Shown here piece after piece: positions 17,240 through 24,163 of a stretch of 52,146 nt of DNA. This DNA is from Candidatus Wolfebacteria bacterium RIFCSPLOWO2_01_FULL_45_19. Its GTDB lineage: Bacteria; Patescibacteriota; Minisyncoccia; UBA6257; GWB1-45-9. Position 1 is the first letter of the stretch, and each line of letters opens with the position of its first letter. The position numbers and the translations under genes were made by a program. The DNA is taken from NCBI GenBank assembly GCA_001793855.1, contig MGIR01000005.1:1-52146 (forward strand), read 5' to 3'. Below the pieces are notes generated by a model, which saw nothing but the letters and a program-made list of their open reading frames with translations, was not told the origin of the DNA and did no database searches.

Positions 17240-18252
17240 TTGACTTTAGCGACGGCCTCCACGTGTTTTACCAGCGTCGCGACATAACCCATTTCGTTGT
17301 CATACCAGCTGAGAATTTTTACAAGGTCTCCGTCAATTACTTTTGTGAATTTCAAATCAACAATGGCGCCATACGGTTCACCTATTATATCCGAAGAAAC
17401 AATCTGTTCTTCTGTTACGGCAAGAATCCCCTGCCAGCGCTTGCTCTTCGCGGCTTTTTTTAAAATATCGTTTATTTCTTCAATTGACGTCTTACGTTTT
17501 GAAACAAAAGTTATGTCGGCAAGCGAACCGGTAGCGATAGGTACGCGCATGGCAACTCCGTCAAACTTTCCGTCAAGTTCTTTAATCGCGCGGGTAACGG
17601 CTATTGTCGCTCCCGTAAACGACGGCACAATGTTCTGCGCCGCGGCACGGCCTCGCCTGAAATCGTTTCCCCTAATCGGCCCATCAACTAAATTCTGCGT
17701 TGCCGTATAACCGTGAACCGTGCTGAGGACCGCCTTATGTATTCCCGGATTTTCGGCCAAAATCGCGATAACCGGAGACGCCGCGTTGGTAGTGCAAGAA
17801 CCGTTAGAAGTCATAACGACCGAATCAAGTTCGCCGTTATTTACGCCCATAAGCACGGTTTTCCCTTCCGCGCCGTCTGGGTCTTTTGCCGGAGCCGTTA
17901 TTACGACGCGCTTGGCTCCCGCCGAAAGATGCGCTTTGGATTTTTCATAGGACTCAAAAATTCCAGTTGACTCCACCACGATGTCAACGCCGAGCTCTTT
18001 CCACGGCAACATCGCCGGATCTTTCACTTGCAAAACTTTGACAATTTGTCCATCAACCACAAGATTGTCGCCCTTGACTTCAACTTTTTTGCCGAACCTG
18101 CCATACGTCGTGTCGTATTTCAAAAGATAGGCAAGGTTTTCCACGTCACCGAGGTCATTTATGGCGACGATATCAAAATTTTTATTTCCGAACGCGGCGC
18201 GGAAGAAAAGCCGTCCGATGCGCCCGAATCCGTTGATGGCTATTTTTGACAT
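17236..18252 (-). CDS. gap: Glyceraldehyde-3-phosphate dehydrogenase (type I)
   Basis: 338 aa with INGFGRIGR, the SNGSCTTN active site and WYDNEMGY. Confidence 0.95.
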   Translation of the reverse strand: MSKIAINGFGRIGRLFFRAAFGNKNFDIVAINDLGDVENLAYLLKYDTTYGRFGKKVEVKGDNLVVDGQIVKVLQVKDPAMLPWKELGVDIVVESTGIFESYEKSKAHLSAGAKRVVITAPAKDPDGAEGKTVLMGVNNGELDSVVMTSNGSCTTNAASPVIAILAENPGIHKAVLSTVHGYTATQNLVDGPIRGNDFRRGRAAAQNIVPSFTGATIAVTRAIKELDGKFDGVAMRVPIATGSLADITFVSKRKTSIEEINDILKKAAKSKRWQGILAVTEEQIVSSDIIGEPYGAIVDLKFTKVIDGDLVKILSWYDNEMGYVATLVKHVEAVAKVK

Positions 18253-18288
18253 ACTATCATTTTAACTTATTGAAGTTAATTTCAATAG

Positions 18289-18360
18289 TGCGCGGTAGAA
18301 GGATCGAACTTCTGGCCTTTCGCATGTCAAGCGAACGCTCTACCACTGAGCTAACCGCGC
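18289..18360 (-). tRNA. tRNA-Val (anticodon GAC)
   Basis: The reverse complement is GCGCGGT-TA-GCTCAGTGGTAGAGC-G-TTCGC-TTGACAT-GCGAA-AGGCC-AGAAG-TTCGATC-CTTCT-ACCGCGC-A. No CCA is encoded. Confidence 0.9.
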
Positions 18361-18460
18361 TCATTAAGCGTTATTTTACCAATTTTGACAAACCTGTAAA
18401 GCCGTACGCAATGTATCCAACGACGACCTTTTAAAACTTTCCGCGCGTGGAGAAGAAACG

Positions 18461-18670
18461 ATGAAACAGACCACATTCAACAATGTAATTACGCCATGCG
18501 CCGCGGTTTATCTTGCCTTAACGGCCATTTACGCAACAAACGCCCGAGCCGGAAGCATCGATGAACTAGAAAACGCCGGCCTGCCGACTTCGGTTCTTGA
18601 GTCAATAAAAAATGTCGAGACATCGAAAACTAATGCCTCGTTAAAGTTTTATGTGCGCACTTTTTTATAG
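18461..18670 (+). CDS. Small (69 aa) protein with signal/anchor-like N-terminus
   Basis: GGAG lies 8 nt upstream of the ATG. The hydrophobic stretch is VITPCAAVYLALTAIYATNARA. No family is recognised. Confidence 0.35.
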   Translation: MKQTTFNNVITPCAAVYLALTAIYATNARAGSIDELENAGLPTSVLESIKNVETSKTNASLKFYVRTFL

Positions 18671-18762
18671 ACGGTGTTAAAACCTATTTTGTGTTGCAAA
18701 AATGGTTAATGTTGTTAAAGTGAGAACAAATAAGCTGTTTAACAATATAAGGAGTTTCCAGC

Positions 18763-19284
18763 ATGGAACAATATTGGATGCCCAAGAAATTGGATTTTAA
18801 GAATTTAAGATTGTGCATAGATAACTATTCCGCCGATTTTCTGTACATTAGATTAGTCGGTTCAATGGGCGGCACGGTAAAAGTAAATGAAAAATTAGAA
18901 GACCGAACGCTTGATTTTAGGAAAGACAAATCGGGCTTGTATCTACTTATTGATTCAAGCGAGGTGTTCCACTTTCCTCTAAATGATTATCAAAAGGGAT
19001 TTTCCCTTGCATATGAAAGAATATTTGATGATGGAAGGATGTACATCCCCGGTGGCATTTCAGACAATCCTTATGACCCGAACCTTCCAGAGCCGGGAAG
19101 GTCGTTTTTAAGACACGTGCTTGACGATCATTTGATGGAGATTTTTTTTAAAGGGAGAGTAAATATCAAATTCCATTCCTGGTGGATTGAGCCGCATTGG
19201 AAATATTGGACAATTGATAAACCCAGAAACATTCAAGAAATCATTTTGAAACAACAAATTGAGTACGAAGAAGAAGATTCTTAG
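18763..19284 (+). CDS. Hypothetical cytoplasmic protein (173 aa), Trp-rich C-terminus
   Basis: AAGGAG lies 8 nt upstream of the ATG, and a strong terminator follows. No family is recognised. Confidence 0.55.
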   Translation: MEQYWMPKKLDFKNLRLCIDNYSADFLYIRLVGSMGGTVKVNEKLEDRTLDFRKDKSGLYLLIDSSEVFHFPLNDYQKGFSLAYERIFDDGRMYIPGGISDNPYDPNLPEPGRSFLRHVLDDHLMEIFFKGRVNIKFHSWWIEPHWKYWTIDKPRNIQEIILKQQIEYEEEDS

Positions 19285-19308
19285 AAATCAAGACGACGAT
19301 ATTTCGAG

Positions 19309-19333
19309 CCGCTCCTTCGGGGGCGGTTTTTTT
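19309..19333 (+). terminator. Rho-independent terminator
   Basis: CCGCTCC-TTCG-GGGGCGG followed by TTTTTTT. Confidence 0.8.
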
Positions 19334-19487
19334 ATCAAGTGGAGCACATTTGTTAGAACTTGCGCTTAGCAGTCAGAATATTGTTTATTTTTCAGAAGGG
19401 TTTGGACGACGTCAGAACCTCCAAGATTTGTTAAGTAGAAATGGCAAGAGATGCGCTGGAGCACTAAGAGTCCACTTTTCACCATTG

Positions 19488-19559
19488 TGGGTGTGGAAGG
19501 AATCGAACCTTCGACCTCTGTCTTATCAGGACAGCGTTCTACCACTGAACTACACACCC
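19488..19559 (-). tRNA. tRNA-Ile (anticodon GAU)
   Basis: The reverse complement is GGGTGTG-TA-GTTCAGTGGTAGAAC-G-CTGTC-CTGATAA-GACAG-AGGTC-GAAGG-TTCGATT-CCTTC-CACACCC-A. Confidence 0.9.
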
Positions 19560-19570
19560 AAAATTTTTAG

Positions 19571-19780
19571 TTAAAGCCCGAGCTCTCTCGCTTTTTCCAA
19601 ATTAAATCTTACCGGAGATTCATCCTCCGGCGTAGAAACGTTTATGGCGCCGCTAAGCGAACGGAAAAGAAAAGTAAACGTGAAAATAACGATAAGAACG
19701 ACTGCCAACAACATTGAAACGTTAATAATCAATATTGTCAACTGATTTTTATTTTTAATAAAAGGAAATTTGGGCATCAT
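19571..19780 (-). CDS. Small single-pass membrane protein
   Basis: 69 aa with TM LTILIINVSMLLAVVLIVIFTFTFLF. It has a 4-nt overlap with the upstream gene. Confidence 0.5.
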   Translation of the reverse strand: MMPKFPFIKNKNQLTILIINVSMLLAVVLIVIFTFTFLFRSLSGAINVSTPEDESPVRFNLEKARELGL

Positions 19781-20298
19781 CTTATAAACAACACGCCGGC
19801 AGTTCTCGCTTCCGCGGTGGTGGCGGCGCTGATTAATTCAAACAAACCAAAATTAACAATATATCCAGAATCATTGACGCTGTTTAAAAAAGAAAAAATG
19901 TCCTCAGATCGCCCTCTTGCAATCATGTTGAAAGATATGTTCCCGGCGGATGTTTCAGTACCGATAGTTTCTCCGGTTATATTAAGCGACACGTCCACGC
20001 CGTGTTCGGACGCAAAATCGGAAACATCCTGCATAAATTCAAACAATCTGCTTCTGTCCGGCAGAACCGTCGCTAAAACCTCTCTGTAAGCGCTCGCCAG
20101 TTCGGTTTCGGAGCGCAAAACCGCCAAGTTTTCAAGATTACTTGAGTAAAGCAAAATCCTGTCTCTTGACTCAATAACCGTTTCAACACGATTGTTTATT
20201 CCATAAAGAAGCGCGAGCAAAACAACACCCAAAGCAAAAAGCGCGGCCGATGCTATAACTAAACGTCTAATTAAAAGCTTGCGGAATCCAAGCGTCAT
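19777..20298 (-). CDS. Membrane-anchored protein, possibly PilO-like
   Basis: 173 aa with an N-terminal TM, a helical segment and then an alpha/beta domain. The PilO resemblance is architectural only, and no pilM/pilN is adjacent. Confidence 0.3.
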   Translation of the reverse strand: MTLGFRKLLIRRLVIASAALFALGVVLLALLYGINNRVETVIESRDRILLYSSNLENLAVLRSETELASAYREVLATVLPDRSRLFEFMQDVSDFASEHGVDVSLNITGETIGTETSAGNISFNMIARGRSEDIFSFLNSVNDSGYIVNFGLFELISAATTAEARTAGVLFIR

Positions 20299-20412
20299 AT
20301 CGGTCTGAATTCATTATAACACGCTTTGTACCGAAAGGATGCATCAATGACACTTTTAAATTCGAGGGGTGACAATCCCGATGTCGCCGATACATCTCGG
20401 GTTTTGCGCGAA

Positions 20413-20450
20413 TAAAAAAATCCGCCGAACAAAATCATTGTGTCCGGCGG
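20413..20450 (-). terminator. Candidate terminator after the secreted-protein gene
   Basis: On the minus strand a CCGCCGG...(loop)...TCGGCGG hairpin is followed by ATTTTTTTATT. The stem is short and the loop is large. Confidence 0.45.
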
Positions 20451-20463
20451 GTGAGCTGATTTT

Positions 20464-20913
20464 TTAAACTTTATATCTGAAATCTGTTCTTCCCGGCAAC
20501 TTGCGTTTTTTCAGCTCTTCATAAAAATGGGTGACGAGGGGCTTATTCGTCCATTCCCTTTTGTACAATTCGCCGCCGTCGTAACCAATCATTTTCACAA
20601 AAACGACAGTTGATTCGTCAAAATTTTGCGGAACTTGAAAATCTCCGTTTCCAATCTCAGTCAGCAATACTTGAAATATGAAAATTCTGACTTCGTTTCC
20701 ATTTTTCCGAACCAGCGTCAGCTTGATTGTCGGCAAAGCGCCGACCAGCGCCAACTGTTCGTCAACAAGCGGCGAGTTTAGAGCTTCCGCGAGCCATACG
20801 GCTACCTCGGAAGGAAACGCAGGAAAAACCGGTTTCTGTTTCTGTTCGGCGGAGTACGCGCCGAAAGAAACCGCTAACAACACGACTGCGAACAAAGATT
20901 TCATAACGTTCAT
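20464..20913 (-). CDS. Secreted protein (149 aa), unknown family
   Basis: I place the start at ATG 20913, with AAGGAG 6 nt upstream. The signal peptide is MNVMKSLFAVVLLAVSFGAYSA. The longer ORF to 20979 lacks a ribosome-binding site. Confidence 0.65.
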   Translation of the reverse strand: MNVMKSLFAVVLLAVSFGAYSAEQKQKPVFPAFPSEVAVWLAEALNSPLVDEQLALVGALPTIKLTLVRKNGNEVRIFIFQVLLTEIGNGDFQVPQNFDESTVVFVKMIGYDGGELYKREWTNKPLVTHFYEELKKRKLPGRTDFRYKV

Positions 20914-20938
20914 AACGCTCTCCTTTCTGGGTTGGCAG

Positions 20939-21061
20939 AACAACAAAAATAGGCAAGTCCCGATTGATTTTCGACTCAAAGAGCTGTGGCGCGTTCACGC
21001 CTCAGCCACTTAGGAATAGAGTCGACGCTCAATCGGAGCTTGCCCTTTTCTTTCTATGGTT
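20939..21061 (-). ncRNA. Candidate structured leader / small RNA: three nested stems followed by a U-rich tract
   Basis: Minus-strand RNA pairings:
- GCAAG-c-TCCGATTGA (21043-21029) pairs with TCAATCGG-ga-CTTGC (20967-20953).
- TCGACTC (21025-21019) pairs with GAGTCGA (20977-20971).
- GTGGC (21009-21005) pairs with GCCAC (20990-20986).
The structure is followed by UAUUUUUGUUGUU (20951-20939). Confidence 0.45.
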
Positions 21062-21067
21062 GCACAT

Positions 21068-21095
21068 ATTATATTCCTTTGCGAAAAAATGTCAA
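21068..21095 (-). promoter_or_regulatory. Consensus sigma-70-type promoter TTGACA-N16-TATAAT
   Basis: The minus strand has TTGACA at 21095-21090 and TATAAT at 21073-21068. Both hexamers match the consensus perfectly. Confidence 0.6.
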
Positions 21096-21136
21096 CCCCC
21101 ACGCCTAAGGCGTAGGTGTGGGAGTCAAGACACAAT

Positions 21137-21181
21137 AAAAAAACCCGCCTGGAACAAAAAATGTATTTTGCGCCAGACGGG
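21137..21181 (-). terminator. Rho-independent terminator ending the three-gene MotA/ExbD-like operon
   Basis: On the minus strand CCCGTCTGG pairs with CCAGGCGGG (9 bp, one G-U) and is followed by TTTTTTT. It begins 13 nt after the stop at 21194. Confidence 0.75.
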
Positions 21182-21193
21182 AACTGGTAATTT

Positions 21194-21721
21194 TTACTGA
21201 GACACTTCAGGTGGTCCGGGTTTTTCAAAATTCAGCTTCTCCTTGGGCCTCCAAGTCACGTTCGGTATCTCTTGTTTGCCTCCGAATGCGATAGTTGTCA
21301 CGCCCGGTTCAAATCCGAATTCTATTAAAAAAGCAATTATGCTTTTGGCTTTTTCGGAATCGCGCGGAAGAACGCAGAAGTGCATCGCGTCTCCCCACCG
21401 CTCGACTGCCCGCACTATGAGAATAAGAGTTTCGGGCCCGTATGGATTTGATGATTTCTCCGGACGCACATCAACGGACTCCAACACAAACACCGTTTTA
21501 CCGCCGCCATATTCCACACAATTGACGTCCGGCAATCCTCGATAAGCAGGCGGAACCATCAATAACGCAATCGCTATAAGCGGAAAAGAAAACGCTACCG
21601 CGACAATAACGGTCTTAGACAGCAATCTCTGCCTGAACCATATTCCGACCACAAAGAGAAAGGCCATCAGCGCTACGCCGATAAGCACAATGCCCGCGAT
21701 GTTGTCGGTGATATATATCAT
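21194..21721 (-). CDS. Two-TM membrane protein with about 110-aa C-terminal soluble domain, third gene of the MotA/ExbD-like operon
   Basis: 175 aa with TMs IAGIVLIGVALMAFLFVVGIWF and VIVAVAFSFPLIAIALLMV. It has an ATGA overlap with the upstream gene and a GAGGAG ribosome-binding site. Confidence 0.6.
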   Translation of the reverse strand: MIYITDNIAGIVLIGVALMAFLFVVGIWFRQRLLSKTVIVAVAFSFPLIAIALLMVPPAYRGLPDVNCVEYGGGKTVFVLESVDVRPEKSSNPYGPETLILIVRAVERWGDAMHFCVLPRDSEKAKSIIAFLIEFGFEPGVTTIAFGGKQEIPNVTWRPKEKLNFEKPGPPEVSQ

Positions 21722-22389
21722 CGATATCTCCTCGTAGCCATCGGCACGAATTCCGCATTCGGATAAATCTTAATCGATCCGGGAATGACCTGATTTTTTT
21801 CATCCCATTCCGCGTAAAAAAGCGTCAATTCTTCTCCGGGCTTTGTAAGTTCGGCGGCAACGACGGCTAAAGCTTTCTCGTTATCCCCGTCTTTCTGTTC
21901 TATAATCACGAGATCAAGAGCCACCGGTATCTCGCCGCCATGACTGTGATACAAGTGCGCATTAACACGGCAACGGGAATTCGGCAGCACTTCCGAAACT
22001 TCGGAATTGGACTTAATCACCTCCAAATTGAGAACGCTGGGTCGCCCCAAATCGTCTCTATCCAGGCCAAGCCATCGATGCAGGCGCTGCATATAGCTCA
22101 CTTCAACGACGTTTCTTTTTTCTCCGCCGATCTCTTGCCAGCAAGTCATCCATGTATCAATATCGTGCGGAAAGCCGGCGAGCCAGCGAAGCTGTATGAA
22201 AAGCGCGGTGGGCGCTATGGAGACTTTCTTTTCGGCGACATCTTTCGGCGGAGGATTTATGTAAGGGATTGACATCGCGGCTGTCAACAGACCGGTTGCC
22301 GCAGCGTTGGTCATCAAATCAATCATGGCCACGAAAATAGCTAAAAATCCCAAATTGGTGCGAGAGCCCTTATTTTTTCTCAGCCCCAT
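21718..22389 (-). CDS. ExbD/TolR/MotB-like single-pass protein (TM aspartate) with an unrecognised about 170-aa C-terminal domain
   Basis: 223 aa. After a basic tail, the TM GFLAIFVAMIDLMTNAAATGLL carries ID-L-M at the position of ExbD FIDVML and MotB ADFMT. GGAGG lies 6 nt upstream of the ATG. No OmpA-like motif is seen. Confidence 0.5.
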   Translation of the reverse strand: MGLRKNKGSRTNLGFLAIFVAMIDLMTNAAATGLLTAAMSIPYINPPPKDVAEKKVSIAPTALFIQLRWLAGFPHDIDTWMTCWQEIGGEKRNVVEVSYMQRLHRWLGLDRDDLGRPSVLNLEVIKSNSEVSEVLPNSRCRVNAHLYHSHGGEIPVALDLVIIEQKDGDNEKALAVVAAELTKPGEELTLFYAEWDEKNQVIPGSIKIYPNAEFVPMATRRYR

Positions 22390-23179
22390 ATTCCACCTCC
22401 TTCAGTTCATTGTCTTTATAACCGAATTCCTCGCTATGAATAACCGGAAATACGGCTTCAAACATTTTTGTTCTGAAACGGAAAGCGATATCCGTGGCGC
22501 ACTCGTCTATAAAGCCGTGAAGCACGAAAAGAATAAGGCCGCCGCCTATGCCCAAAGCGCTAGTGGTATAAGCCAAGCCGGCGCCGGAGAGAATTCCGAA
22601 AGAAAACTCTCTGATTTGTTCGACATTAGCGGGAATGCTCTGCACCGCCAAAGCCAAAATAATTCCGACGAGCGTTCCAAGAAATCCGACGTTGAACAAG
22701 ACCCATTGAAACTTCTCAAGAATCGCGAGGTTACGCGTTAATTCGGCTTCAAAATAATCCTGAAACATGCTGCGGTTGACCGGTTCAAAAGTTTTCACTT
22801 TTCGCGTGACTCTTATGCGTTCGGCCAAACTCGCCACAAAACGGCAAACCGTAGAGTTTTTCACGGCTCGTTCATTGCGACGCGCGTAAAATTCATCAAG
22901 TATTCTCCGCGCCGTCGCAACACCGTCTTCCGGCGAATGGATAAGGCATTCCTCCAAATAACGCAGATGTTGGTCATCGCGATAAAGCTGTAAAGCGGCT
23001 TTATATCCAATTACGATATAAGCCCACAAAAATATGCACAAAAGAAAAATTGAAGCCACCAAAATCTTTGGCTCGCTAAAGCGTTCATAAGCCCAAGCAA
23101 AAAATCCGTATTGCCATCCCATCAAAACAAGAACAATCAAAAGAACCGTAAACAACCAGTAACGAACGTAGGCTCTCAT
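22370..23179 (-). CDS. MotA/TolQ/ExbB-family proton-channel-like protein
   Basis: I place the start at ATG 23179, with AAGGAG 6 nt upstream (269 aa). There are four TM segments and an approximately 100-aa loop between TM2 and TM3. The C-terminal GFLGTLVGIILAL...GLAYTTSALGIGGGLILFVLHGF resembles the MotA_ExbB signature. Confidence 0.6.
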   Translation of the reverse strand: MRAYVRYWLFTVLLIVLVLMGWQYGFFAWAYERFSEPKILVASIFLLCIFLWAYIVIGYKAALQLYRDDQHLRYLEECLIHSPEDGVATARRILDEFYARRNERAVKNSTVCRFVASLAERIRVTRKVKTFEPVNRSMFQDYFEAELTRNLAILEKFQWVLFNVGFLGTLVGIILALAVQSIPANVEQIREFSFGILSGAGLAYTTSALGIGGGLILFVLHGFIDECATDIAFRFRTKMFEAVFPVIHSEEFGYKDNELKEVEYGAEKK

Positions 23180-23193
23180 TCTGCTCTCCTTAA

Positions 23194-23223
23194 TTGTCAA
23201 GATAACCTCCGTTATACTATACT
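23194..23223 (+). promoter_or_regulatory. Candidate dprA promoter TTGTCA-N18-TATACT (leaderless or very short leader)
   Basis: The hexamers lie at 23194-23199 and 23218-23223. ATG is at 23231 with no Shine-Dalgarno sequence. Confidence 0.3.
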
Positions 23224-23230
23224 CCACAGT

Positions 23231-24073
23231 ATGAAAACACAACCCCTGTCGCCTTCTTTAAAAGAAATTCCCAATCCGCCGAAAAATTTTTATGTGGAAG
23301 GAATTTTGCCGGATTTTTCGCGTCCGTGGCTCGCGATTGTCGGCACAAGAAAAGCTACAAGCGAAGGATTGCGGCTCGCAAAAAATTTCGCGAAAGAACT
23401 CGCGCAAAATAACTGCGTTATAGTCAGCGGCCTTGCGCTCGGAATTGATTCCGCAGCGCATCAAGGCGCGCTTGACGGCGGCGGCCAAACAGTCGCCGTC
23501 CTGGCAAACGGGCTAGACAACATTTATCCGGCGCAAAACGAAAATCTTGCGAAAAAAATTTTAGAAACTGGCGGGGCTATTGTTTCCGAGTATCCCGACG
23601 GAACGCCATCTTTGCCGCATCAGTTTTTAGAACGCAATCGGATCATAAGCGGCTTGTCCATCGCCACCGTGGTAATTGAAGCTCCGCAAAAATCCGGAGC
23701 GCTGGCCACCGCGGGATTTGCCGCTTCGCAAGGCAGAGAGGTTTTTGTTATTCCCGGCCCTATTAGCCATTCGAATTATCGCGGCTCCCACGCCCTAATA
23801 AGAGACGGCGCGCGACTTGTAACCTCACCGGAGGAAGTTCTTGAAGACCTCGGCCTTCAGACGAAAGAACTGAAGAACAATGCGACTCTCCCTTTTGGAG
23901 GTAGCGATGAACAAAAGAAAATAATTTACCACATAGAATCCGCCGGCCGTCCGCTTGCGGTTGACGAAATAATTATTTTAGCTAAACTTGAACCCCGAGT
24001 CGTCAACCGAGAGCTGGCTCTGCTAACGATTCAGAGCATAATTAAAGAAACAGAAAAAGGATACACGATTTAA
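23231..24073 (+). CDS. dprA: DNA-processing protein DprA
   Basis: The protein starts at the internal ATG (MKTQPLSPSLKEI...). Motifs include IVGTRKATSEG, SGLALGIDSAAHQGAL and a C-terminal winged-helix-like tail. Confidence 0.85.
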   Translation: MKTQPLSPSLKEIPNPPKNFYVEGILPDFSRPWLAIVGTRKATSEGLRLAKNFAKELAQNNCVIVSGLALGIDSAAHQGALDGGGQTVAVLANGLDNIYPAQNENLAKKILETGGAIVSEYPDGTPSLPHQFLERNRIISGLSIATVVIEAPQKSGALATAGFAASQGREVFVIPGPISHSNYRGSHALIRDGARLVTSPEEVLEDLGLQTKELKNNATLPFGGSDEQKKIIYHIESAGRPLAVDEIIILAKLEPRVVNRELALLTIQSIIKETEKGYTI

Positions 24074-24163
24074 TAATGCAAAATTTAAAAATCAAAATGA
24101 CAACGTAAAATTTTAAAATTTTTAACTGTCATTTTCCATTTTGATATTTACATTTTTAATTTT
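24074..24163 (+). promoter_or_regulatory. AT-rich upstream module with inverted repeats (aaaatgaca / tgtcatttt; atcaaaatg / cattttgat), related to 8514-8597
   Basis: It reads aatgcaaaat...caaaatgacaacgtaaaatt...ctgtcattttccattttgatatttacatttttaatttt-ATG, sharing vocabulary and order with the tkt upstream element. Confidence 0.5.

Noticed and set aside
20939-21061. The structured RNA was considered as SRP (4.5S) RNA or another housekeeping RNA.
   Set aside because: The apical region lacks the conserved SRP domain IV features that I remember (GGAA-type tetraloop with flanking AGCA / GGAAGCAG-like loops). Its size and shape do not fit 6S, tmRNA or RNase P either. It is left as an unclassified candidate.
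23111-23242. Long N-terminal extensions make the dprA ORF (from 23111) and the MotA-like ORF (to 23242) overlap head to head by 130 nt.
   Set aside because: Internal starts fit better. ATG 23179 has AAGGAG 6 nt upstream and begins the first TM. ATG 23231 begins the conserved DprA sequence. The extensions have no ribosome-binding site and would overlap the divergent promoter region.
18289-23242. An integrative mobile element or prophage remnant at the tRNA-Val / tRNA-Ile genes was considered.
   Set aside because: No integrase, recombinase, transposase or phage-like gene is present, and I saw no direct repeat of a tRNA 3' end. The region is treated only as an accessory-looking stretch.
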